From the NCBI GenBank assembly GCA_964247055.1, contig OZ176051.1, positions 11,532,001 to 11,596,000 on the forward strand: DNA of 64,000 nucleotides, written 5' to 3'. Under the pieces are notes generated by a model. That model was given only the letters and a program-made list of their open reading frames with translations, did not search any database and was not told the origin of the DNA. Below, piece by piece: positions 25,601-37,100 of this stretch. Both the position numbers and the translations under genes were made by a program. The number at the start of each line of letters is the position of its first letter. Positions within the stretch are counted from its first letter, which is position 1. The stretch is from Paragordius varius (Eukaryota; Animalia; Nematomorpha).

Positions 25601-28600
25601 TATCAAAGTGGGAAATAATTTTGTTTCCTTGTGATTTAATGCATCAGAGTATAGCGATATGATATTAATTTTCAGCAATGTATTTCAGAAAATGCATGTG
25701 GCGAAAGGAAATTGCATACAATGGCTTCAGCCATTGGACGGGCACATGATTTTTTATTGAATAAGGTACAAATAATCTGTGAGGTACATTCCATAGATCT
25801 AAAGAAATGATTGTGATTGACAGTGTGAAAAGATAAAACGCCTTCGGCTAGTGCCAAATTCTTTCTTCCTCTCCAAAAGCGGTTTTTCGATAAAAATCGC
25901 TCATTTTGTAAGATGATGCCGCCATATCCAAACATTTATTATGTTTCTGTGTTTTCATATGCTTTGTAATATCATCCTGGCCGCCATGTGCTAGGGCGAA
26001 TTGCCCCTCGCATAAAGAGCATATAATAAATGATTCATTCTTCGTTTTTTTAAAAAGGAAATTCCATTAAATCATCGTTGAATTTACAAACTCTTTTTGT
26101 ACCCATATTTTTAAACGAATTATAGTATAAAATATTATATTACCTTAATTATGTGGATTAAATGTATAAGCCGATTTGTGGCATTAATTTGTCTTATTGA
26201 AAATGTTGACAGTAGGAGTAGGAACAAAGTGTATAATCATATGATATAAATTCAAAAAAATAAATATTTTTAATTTAAAAATAATAAATTATAATTGTAA
26301 ATTGCTATAGATATTAAATATAACTAAAAAATTTAAACGGATAAAAAAAATAAATTTTTTATAAAAAATTAAAATGTATTTAAAAAAATTTTTTTTAAGG
26401 CGGGACATTGCAAAAACGTAGCGGGACGCGGGACAAAGTGTTAAAAAGCGGGACGTCTGGTCAACCTATGTATAAGGCCAAGAGGTAAGCGGGATCATTA
26501 ATAATCTACAATTTAATACCAAAAGTGTTGATTTTTAACCAATTTTAAACTGGTCAGACCTGGACTGACCTACGTCTTAACCAGGGTTATTTAAATAATA
26601 TGTGATGTGGGAAAATTTTTACAATCTAAATAAATGATTCTAAACAAACGTTTGGAAATTCTACTATTTTATATAAAACAATATTTGGCAGTTTTTATAT
26701 ATTATCAATCCAAGTGGTAAAGAATATTCGATATTTATTACTTATTGCATCAGTAATATGTATTGACATCGCTCGAACAAAATATAATCCATGTGTATTG
26801 TTTTAGTTTTTTTATAGACGTTCTCGCCGTTACAATAAACAAATAAAGGGGGGGGGGGGTATGCCCAATAAAATGGCAACTTTACAGGTGGTTCTTTAAT
26901 TATATTAATAAAATCATTTAAATATAAATGCTTCAAGGTCTTTGCTAAACAATTGTCCTTCAAAGTTTATATTATGTTTTATGATAATACTTTGCAAGGT
27001 GTTTTATCCACCGTGTCTTTTATTATATCATAAGCAGCAAGGACCTCCTTAAACGTAACTTTTATAGGGTTCTCAGGGTCACAATTTGGATCAAAAGCTT
27101 TGCAGTTTGAATCAATTATATCTGGGAGCGAGCATGAATCGGATTTATGATTATTATTAAAATTATTGTAATTATTATCCATTCTTAATTCTTCCATCAT
27201 ACCACCCGATCCAATCGTAGTGTTTGATAGGGTAGGAGATGGTGGTAATAAGGTATGAGAGCCATGGGTCACAAAACTTTGGTTTGCTTTAAGGTGGTGA
27301 AAAAGTTATGCAATAAAGCAATGAAAAAAAGATGTACAAATCCTTATATTCAAAAGCTCCATATATATAAAATTTTGAGCTTGCTGGAAAAAAAGATTTA
27401 TCACAAAACTTTGTTGTAAAAAAAGTTATGCAATAGTGCAAAAAAAATGATACACAAACTTTTTTATTTAAAAGCTACAAATACAAAATTTTAAGCTTGT
27501 TGGAAAAAAAGATTTAGGCCTGGATTTATTTGAAAAAATATTCATTTTTGCAAAAAAATAAGATGAAAGGAGTCTCAAAATGAATTAGTTGAGAACTAAA
27601 AACTAGAACTACTATAACAAAAGTATGGTAAATGGTTGGACAGATATTTAAATAGTTAGTAATTTCATTATTTCTTGAGTTAGCCTTTAAATATCTAATA
27701 ATTTTGGGATGGCCTTATACATTATCTAAATACACAATTTCTTATCAAATTTTTTGGAAAAAAATTTAAGATTGATAATCGATAATTAATTTAAAATATG
27801 AATAATTATTTTGAAATGTATAAACACTTTTATTAAATTATCATCATAATTTTTCAAATCAAACTCAACGCTTTATATGGATCCTAATTTTAATTAAACC
27901 GCCAAATATTTTTATAGATTAGTTATAAAACTGGCTATAAAAATATTTCATAAATGATAAAATTAATTTAATTCAAAAATGCTTTTAATTTCATTTAGAT
28001 GTCAATTTTTTAATCGGTTGTTAGGAAAAATTTCCAGCAATATGATAAATATGTGATGGTTATTTAATATTACATTATAACTTGTGTTAGCCTTTTAAAA
28101 AATTTGGCGGCAATATGTTATATTCTTTGCATTTAAAAAGAGAATTTATGCACTTTCATGTTACAAAATACATATTTCCATATTAGGCTAAATATTAACG
28201 CGATTTTTAGCGGTATAAAAATGTAAACTTACATTAGGGTAATAATCTACCCCAAACTTAATAAGGTAGTAAGCAGAATAATTAAATATAAAATTTATAT
28301 GTATTTATATATAGACTTCATCGTTATCCTTATATATAATTTCATGTATGCATTTCAAGATTTCTAAATGTATAAAAAAATTTGTATTAATGCCAAAAAA
28401 TCTACAAACTTCTCTACATAGACAATTAAATCCGGCTACCTTCAAAACGAAACACAAAACTTTGTCACGTTTTGTTTAATGTCCAAATGTTGAAAATGAT
28501 ACGTGATTAAATTTATAATAATTGTATCCTTGTTGTATACAACACTAGGTTATAGGCCAAGAAGCTGGTTAAATACATTTATATATTATAACTAGGGTTA

Positions 28601-28866
28601 TACAAAGCAAATGCGATTATTTACTAAACGAAATTAAAGTTACCGAAATCAAACCGGATAAATTTTGTTTAATTAACAAATAAAAATTAGTAAAAATAAA
28701 GAATGATACCTGCGTTTGAGGTTATATCCTGGAATGATAGGCTATGGAGAATAGGTGTGGTCTCTTTTAAAGCTTGTGCTATTTCAATATCAGAAGCGAA
28801 TTGAGCATGAATTTGAGATAGAGATCTAACGGGGCCAGTAGGTGTATTATCAGTATCGATTGGCAT
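19635..28866 (-). CDS. PLP-dependent L-threonine ammonia-lyase (threonine dehydratase) with C-terminal ACT-like domain, multi-exon
   Basis: [22 protein letters not shown]|[15 protein letters not shown]|[25 protein letters not shown]..|[13 protein letters not shown]..|[34 protein letters not shown]|[11 protein letters not shown]..|[24 protein letters not shown]..|[33 protein letters not shown]..|[10 protein letters not shown]. The first exon (28709-28866) is less certain; an alternative start is the ATG at 27200. Confidence 0.88.
21203..21466. mobile_element. hAT-type MITE family (CAGGGGTGT(C/T)CAAC termini); related copies at 23572-23824, 60085-60367, ~50436-50758 and ~16618-16920
   Basis: TIRs CAGGGGTGTTCAAC / GTTTAAACAACCCCTG with internal TGCGGCCC motifs. 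The 23572-23824 copy has the 8-bp TSD TTTTAGTC / TTTTAGTT. Confidence 0.8.
24173..26468 (-). mobile_element. Full-length hAT DNA transposon with inactivated transposase, inside an intron of the dehydratase gene
   Basis: Ends TAGGG(tgac deleted)CAGATTTT..GCGGGACA and GCGGGACGTCTGGTCAACCTA; perfect 8-bp TSD TGTATAAG (24165-24172 / 26469-26476). Minus-strand transposase remains: [18 protein letters not shown] (ATG 26106), [41 protein letters not shown], plus ORF pieces 24624-25097, 25427-25678 and 25672-25935. Confidence 0.9.
27272..27520. repeat. Diverged ~130-bp direct tandem duplication
   Basis: ACAAAACTTTG..AAAAAGTTATGCAATA..CAAA..AAAAGCT..AAAATTTT(G/A)AGCTTG(C/T)TGGAAAAAAAGATTTA occurs twice (starting ~27272 and ~27403). 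Confidence 0.7.
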
Positions 28867-30693
28867 TTTCAATTTTATATTAATTTAAATTATTAAATAA
28901 AAAATATATTTTAATGATAATAAAATAAAATTGGAGGTGTGTTTAATTTTGATATATAGGTAAAAATTTTATATATAAAAAATAAAAATAGGATAAAAGA
29001 TATATGATAATATTTAACGAAAAAAATAAACAATGTGTGTGTGAGTGTATACAATTATGTAATATAGTTATAACTATAGATAAACATTATATGTGTGTTG
29101 GCGGCAGTTTCTATTTTAATTTATGATAATTTTAATAATATTATTATGGAAATATAAAATAATAACATTAAATGTTGAACTGTCACGGTTAATAAATAAA
29201 AAAACTTGGTTTTTTATGACAAATGAAGAAGTTTATTATCATAATTCATTAATTAATTTAATGTTTAGTTAAGCCAAAAATTTTATTTCTGTTTTTTATC
29301 ATCCTAAAACTATCAAGAATTAAACATTATTAATTATAATAAACTATAAAAATCGTAAAATAATGTTTTTTATGTAAAAGCAGGTTAAAACTGAAATAAT
29401 TAATAATAAAGCTCTTTCATTGAAATTATTTGTTGTTATTGAATGTTAAACAAAGCTGTTACCATTCATTCTCCACAAAAAAATGTTTGTCTCTGCAATA
29501 TTATAATTCAAGATTTTTTCATGAGATATTTTGAGAGAGCATAGAAGGTTTTGCATTAGGATTATGGATTTGATTCTTTCGTTTAAGTATCTACTTAAGC
29601 TATATGTTATTTGTTTTATCTTTGAACCAGAAGTGTCGAATATGCGCCCCTCCACTACTTTGTGCATACAACGGAAAATTTATAAATCGAAATTCTTATT
29701 GGCAAATTTTCATATAGTTTTATTTTATAATAATAGTTAAAAATTATGATATTTTTTGTCAATATCAATCAATAATGTATCATTTATTTTTAAATTATCT
29801 TGTGATGTTTTATGTAGAACATTGATAGGTCGTTGTAGGTTAAATTTTTATGAGGCAGAATTGAGATTTTTTGAACATTAATGCTTTAAAGATATTACAG
29901 TTTTTGTTTTATAACCAAAAATTATATTCTCTGCTTTAAAACAGAATGCTATAAAAAACATTTTTTGACGAACACAGTAAACACCAATAAACAAACTAAT
30001 TGTGTGTTCGTTCATCAATAATAGGCTAAAATTTATATGAATTTATCATATAAAGTTACCAAAGAAGGGTGAGGTGGACAATGTTCCCAAACAAACCAAT
30101 GTAACTTCGGCAGAACTCAACATTAAAACAAAAAATCGCAATATGGAGAAGTTTTATTTACATTGCAAAAAATGGACTTCGACTGTACCAAATACATATA
30201 TTTAGCCTATTAGGAAGATACAATATTCACTAATGTTTGTTTAATAGGTGCCATTATTTTCTTTGAATTTTAAATCATTAAAAGACCATTATTGACTTTA
30301 TTCCAATTAGATTCATCAAAAATCATCTGTTTGTTTAATCGGATTTTAGAGCACAAAGCTCCAATATAACCTAAAATTCGATTTATTAAAATTTTGTGAA
30401 AAATAGATTTTTACAACTTAATATTTGTAATCTCATAATCTAGCAATTATTTTATGGCATCTGCCGCTTTGGAACAAAATAGACTATTTTAAAGGGTATT
30501 CTGAGCTCAGACCTAAAATTATAAAAAAAATTGTTTTTCCTTATTATTATAGTTTATGATGTATTTTAGTTATTTTTTTGATTCGTTAGCATTTACCAAC
30601 CAAATTTTTATTAATGTGACCAAACTCGATTTAATATGAGACTGTATTTTTTATTAACAGAAATGTAGGTACATATAAATTGAGGGTCTAATA

Positions 30694-31307
30694 CAGGGCT
30701 TTTTGTGTTATTCCCGACCCCATTTATGATTGCGAGTTTGTTATCGACCCCAAAAATAAATCAATTTTTGAAGATTTTATTAGGTAACAATATACATATG
30801 CACATGAAAATATACAAATTTAGAATTCGTTATAAAACATATAAAATTTAATATTGAAATTTGCACAAAATATAATAGAAATGTTTTTATTTAAGTTTAA
30901 AAAACAAAAGTGGATTCTGACCGTCTTAATTCCCTCGAATATATCCAAGTAGTTGAGTGGTAAATATTAAATTAAAGTTTACGTTATAAATTTAATGAGA
31001 TGCGTGTGCCTGTTTCTTATTGCATACCAAATCAAATCTTGGTGTAATGTTTGAAACTGCTGGACGTAAGACGACTTCAATATTTTGTAATAACATCTTC
31101 TGATTCATAATGAATTTATACAAGATTTTATAATGTTCGGATTAAAAATTCTAGTATAAACAGTCTTTCAGAACCAGAGGTTATGATATATTTATCTACG
31201 ATTGTTTTATTTCTTTACAAGTTAAAAAAACATTTTTTGTTATATTGTATTTTTATCACTCGCGACCCCATAAAATGGGGTCGCGACCCATAGTTTAAGA
31301 AGCCCTT
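30694..31307. mobile_element. hAT-type non-autonomous element
   Basis: Ends CAGGGCTTTTT / TTAAGAAGCCCTT; subterminal GGGGTCGCGACCCA; 8-bp TSD GTCTAATA / GTCAAATA (7/8). Confidence 0.7.
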
Positions 31308-31611
31308 GTCAAATATAAAAAACAGTCGTTGGAATAATTATGAATGATAAATATAGTTTATTAGTTATTCAAGGCGCATGTTTCCTTAATCTCAAAGCCT
31401 AACTGCTTTGACAATACATATAAATTTTAATATTTTTAAGTCTTGGGGCTAAACAGCCTAAGATTTTGTCTATATTATTTGGCTATACTTCTCAAGATTA
31501 AAATATTTTTTAAGCCACAAAACCACCCCAAAATAGTCTAAGCGAAATAATTAATTTTTTACGAAATCCTGCCCTCAATATGATATTCATAGGTTCAGAA
31601 TTCAATATTGC

Positions 31612-33939
31612 ATGGAGGCATTTTTAAAGCAAAAACCCACAAGCGTATCATTGTCTGAAAGGAAAAAACCATGGGTTGAAAAATAGTATATTTTTAATAT
31701 ATTTAATAGTCGGCCAAAAACTATTGAAGAATTGGCATCGCAAGAAGAAATCAAAATGGTATTGCAAAAGTCGATTGAACGGAACGATGTAATATTTTTT
31801 TATTAACATTATAATTATTATAAATAATATATCAATACATATGTTTAGTTACCAAATTTACTGTTTTACGGGCCTCCGGGTACTGGAAAAACTTCGGCTA
31901 TTATAGCTGCTGCAAAAGATTTGTTTGGAAGTGAATACCGTGATAGAATTTTGGAATTGAATGCTTCGGATGAAAGGGGAATCAAAGTTATCCGCGAAAA
32001 AGTTAAAACTTTTGCACAAAATACTGTGACTCACATGAAAAATTCCAAGTAAATTATTAAAATTTTTACTTATAACAGGGGTGAATTGTGTCCGTCATTT
32101 AAAATAGTTATTTTGGATGAAGCCGATTCAATGACCACTTTTGCCCAAGTTTGACTGTTTTTGCTAATATGTAAGGCAGCCCTTAGACGAATAATGGAAA
32201 AGGAATGCAAGAATACTAGATTTTGCATTATTTGTAATTATATTAGCAGGTATGGCATACCGTTATATTATTTATCGAATTTATATAATACTTTGCCTGA
32301 AAACAATAATCTAACGTAGAATTATTGAACCGATAACGTCAAGATGTGCCAAGTTTCGTTTTAAATCCCTTCCCTCAGAAATCATGGTTAAAAAACTTGC
32401 GTTTATAGCGCAACAAGAAAACATAACTGTGGATGATAAAGTAAAAATATAACTGTAAAAATAAATTTTATGACTCATAGAGTTATAGTTGTTTGCTATA
32501 AATTTTAAAATTTCTGACGCTAACATTGTTCAAGAAATAAGTTTTTCAAACATTTCAAAAGATTAATGTAAAAGATATAGGATATAATTACCTTAATTAA
32601 TGTAATACAAGCATGCAAAAAGTTAAATCAAAAATAACCTTAATTTTTCTAATTAAAATTGTGTCATGTTTATTAGACTTTGGCTTTCATAGTGGATGTA
32701 AGTGATGGAGATTTACGGAAAGCCATAACTTACCTACAAAGTGCGCATAAGTTTATCGATAAATCAGAGGCTGGCAATAAGCATACAACTATAAATCAAG
32801 AGGATGTTTGTGAAATCGCAGGGGTTCATTTTTTGCTATAGAACACTTTTCAAATGGATGTTTACCACTTGTTTATATATTAATGCGGTTTAAAAATGTT
32901 TTTAACTACAATGTTATTCAAATTTTGTTTCTTTTTACACGTACAGGTAATCCCTGATGAATGGATTAGTAAAATTTTGGAATTTATATTGACGGCCAAA
33001 CATCACAAAATAATCAATTTCGTTGAGGTTCGGTATTAATAATTTAATATTATTATTATTTTTATGTGAGATGTGTCAAAAACTATATTTTTAGGATTTT
33101 ATGAAAACGGGTTACGCCATTTCTCAACTCATGTATCAACTATCCCATATTATCTTAAATCCTGCTGGAGAAAGGTATTTTCATCATAAATACTTGTTTT
33201 AACTTTTATTCTATTAGTTTAGTAACCCTACAACAAAATTACATCGCGTTTGATCCGCTAATCACCCTATTATAAAATAAAATTGATCATAATTTATATT
33301 ACGATTTCATATGTAGTTTTTTACACAATACATAATTATTATTAGTCTACACGTATATAAAGACTTAAATATAAATATTTTTATAACTCATCAATTATAA
33401 AAGTTGCAATATATCTTCATTTTTGAACGATTTAAATCAAAACTAGGACATTTCTTTAAAAAATCAAAAGCATGTTGATCAGCCTAAGTTAATTATTTGA
33501 GGTTTTAACTCATTATATTAGGGGTGACTTTACTGTATGTATTAAAGTATTTTAAATATAGAGTAGCATTATAATGGTTGCTTATTTCACACTATAGTTG
33601 AGCACTCTGCAACATAGTAATGTATGGAAAAAACAAAATGCTGAATAAATAATTATTTCCTTTCTTTTTTCCATACCCTGTGTTGCAATTTGCCCAACTA
33701 TATGGTGAGCAACTATTATAATGCATACTCTATATTTTAAAATTAGTGCGGTTGATTTGTTCCATGAAAGATTTGGGAATGCCTCCGAATCTGACTTAAT
33801 TTTGGTAAAATGTGCTTTGGTTGAAAAATGTGCCGATATTGAATACCACTTATTGGATGGTGCTGATGAAGAATTGCAATTTACTGATTTTTTGGCTTAC
33901 AGTATCGATTGCATTCTCACTCATTTAATTAATAAATAA
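31612..33939 (+). CDS. RFC4: Replication factor C subunit 4 (RFC37), multi-exon
   Basis: [14 protein letters not shown]|[13 protein letters not shown]..|[59 protein letters not shown]|[21 protein letters not shown]|[37 protein letters not shown]; stop at 33937-33939. Confidence 0.95.
33594..33711. mobile_element. Small TA-flanked inverted-repeat element in an RFC4 intron
   Basis: TATAGTTGAGCACTCTGCAACATAG versus the reverse complement of TGTGTTGCAATTTGCCCAACTATA. Confidence 0.55.
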
Positions 33940-34148
33940 TCTATTATGAAAAGTTTTGTCATATTAATTAAAGGATATTCAAATTTATTTCAGAAAATTA
34001 TAAAATGTAAATGCATATAACACAAGTAAAGTATGTTTGACTAGATGAAATAATAATATGTATTATATTTACAAAACTATAAAATCGAAGCTTATAAAAA
34101 TTTGTAATTATGCTAAAATATCTTTTAAATTTTTTTATTTGTTATAAA

Positions 34149-37100
34149 TTAATAAAAACAGAATGAGATGATAAATATCATAATAAGTAAGGGGTATCGA
34201 GATACAGTTTGAAGTGTTAAAGCTCCATTTCTTAGATCCGAAGTCACAAATAGTAAGTTGTCTATAACGTGAATTATCCCATTAGTTACGCGAATGTTGG
34301 TTTGAATTATATTGGCTCTTTTCTCCCCATATATGATAGATTTTTCTAAACAATATAGTTATAAGCGTAATAAATTAATACGAGCATAATATTGAAATTA
34401 GGGGCTCATGGTCTTTAAACACTACAACAACGAACACCATTGCAAAATTTTAAATAGTTATTTATTATTTCGTGTCTATCGTTCGTTCAACTTTTTTTTA
34501 TTGAAATTACATAGTTTTTATCATTTAAGAAATTAATTCTATGCAAAAATCCAGAAGTGGGTCATAGGATATAGTAAATAGAATAATTTAATTTGGTTAG
34601 AAAATTATATTTGGTTTTAAATGCATTTGTTGTATTTAATCACAAATCCGTAATCGTTTAACCGAAATCTTAATTATTTTGCAATCGGGTAACTTCTCAA
34701 ATTTTTATTACCGCTTCAGCCTTATAATTTATTATTATTAATTTAATTTATAAAAATATATTTTTTATATTTTTCGGCAACACTTAATATAATGCTGCTA
34801 AGTGTCTATTTTTGTCATTTATTGTTAAAGACTTGCTGTTAATTAAAAAATATATTCAAAATTTCAATAAAAGGGTATCAATCGTTACCGGACAAAAGTC
34901 AAAAACTAATCAGTTCCAATCCTTGATAACACATTCATTAACAATATTTAAATTCATATATTAATTACAAATATAAACAGATGACTATTTAAAACCATTT
35001 TTAGAGTATTATCGCTTTGAATGCAACGTAATCCCTATACACTGCGCCCGAAATCGGGAGTAATTATTGATAATATATACCATTTGCACTTCCAGAGTGT
35101 CCTTGAACACTTCAAGTTGGTCTTTATAATTTTTAAATTTGGATTTAATTATAAATTATGCACGTATTTATTTTATTAATTTTAAACCTAATTTTCTTGA
35201 TTTATGATATATTTATTCATTAAAATTAATTTGATTGAACAACGAATTTTTTGTTTCTAACTATTTTTTTTCAATCTAACAAAATTATTCATTTATAATT
35301 GTTTTCAGTGGAAATTGTAATTAATAACCCAGAAAACTTATTTTTTTTTTCAATTATGTTGAAATCTTATTAAAATTGATATATTTTTTTAAATAAAAAT
35401 ATAGAGTATCTGAATGATCAATAGTTTAAAAATATGGTAAAATCAAGAGAATAGGTTCAAAATGATAAAATAAATGAATGATACACGATTTGATTGATAA
35501 AAGTTTAAACAAAACAAAAAAGTCAAAGGACCAACTTGAAGTGTTCAAGGGCCAACTTAAAATGTAGGCCCAACTTGAAGTGTCAAGGACCTTTGTTCAA
35601 GGACCAACTTGCAGTGTTCAAGGACACTTTTGAAGTGCAAATGGTATATATATATTCTGATAGTGTGTATCAGGATTATCATGGTGCTTTTGATTTTGAC
35701 CATGAGTGATTTAAGAAAGTTATTTATACTTTGGTAAGTGTTTCGAGAAAATGTCAAAATTTACGAACATCTTTTTAAATAAAAATTTTTCCGTGAAAGC
35801 TAGCTTCATTCCAAAAAATACTATAATATATTACTTATAAAAAGGAAAACAATATTTTTAAAAAATGTTAATTTTTAGAAGTAGGCCGAAAGTCCCAATT
35901 TCATTCTTATTGGCTAGTTCTCTCAAAATAAGCGTCGTAGATTGCGCGATAAATATTTTAATTCGCTAGTTTTTATAGCAAACATTTTAAAAATTATTTT
36001 TCTAAAATTTAATTTTTAGAAAAATTTCGTTGGTACTTCATGCTATTTTGAGACATGATGGAAGCTGTTTGAAAACGCTTTTAGATTATATAAAAACACT
36101 TTTTACATATAATTCAAAGACGCCGAACATCTATGCTCATTTTAAATATGATTGGTTTGGTTTTAAATTTGGTGTGAATTTTGTAAAAAAAAGGATTATT
36201 TTAATTATCAAAAATGTGATAGAAATGTTCGGCATCATCAGAAATATATAAAAGAGTGTTATCATGCATCAAAATAGGATGCTTCAACAAAACTTTGCTT
36301 AAAATTTTTAAAAATATGCGTTTATTTAAAAATATGTTTTGTGGATATCAAAATTTAGGATATTAAAATTTTTATTGCACAATATCGGCATTTTTGCGTT
36401 AAATTAAGGTAAATAACTCATTAGCAAAAAAATTTGAACTTTTGGAAACAACATCTAAAAATTAATAATTATTGTTTAGCTTTTTATATGTATATTAATG
36501 TCTACCATATACAATGATATTTGTGGAAATAAATAATTTGACTTTTATTTAAAAAAAATTATTTAGCAAATGTGCAAATTTTGACATCTTTTCTTATATG
36601 GAGCAATTACCACAAATCATTTGTAGGAGCCAAAACCAAAAGGACCCCTGATATATTTTCCTTTCAGAATATATATGCTTCATCAAGTTATTTTTCTGTG
36701 GACACTATGTATGTACCAAATTTCCGTATTTCGACACCAAAACGGGTTGATTTCAAAAAATGATCATATTAAAAATATTATTCTAAATATAAATGGGAAT
36801 TAAACACGTTATATACCTCTGGTTTGCGGGTTTATAATAATATGAAGTTTGTTTCCGTTAATAGTTGTATGATATTCATCCAATGATTGTTGTTCATTCA
36901 GATATAGTTCATGGTTCAAAATATGATTTCTTAACACCTTTCATTTCATAAATGTATATAAATATTTACATAATTATTAAATTTCGATAGCCATGCAAAG
37001 CTCCAAAAATAAAATTAAGCGCAAATCATATAAAATAAGCAAATTCTTCATGCATTGTAAAAAAGCAGTTTATTATGTGTAATTTTTGCTTTAATTTTAT

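Noticed and set aside
26847-26858. Poly-G run (also ~24214-24227) as a G-quadruplex element
   Set aside because: Isolated homopolymers with no functional context; their length is also prone to sequencing error.
29446-30200. Penelope-RT-like words on the minus strand (TYSLSRYLNE; GTLSTSPFFGNFI)
   Set aside because: Weak matches that are in the wrong order for an RT; could be chance.
35520-35640. Regularly spaced ~21-bp repeats resembling a CRISPR array
   Set aside because: No unique spacers; they are subterminal repeats of a TA-flanked MITE in a eukaryotic genome.
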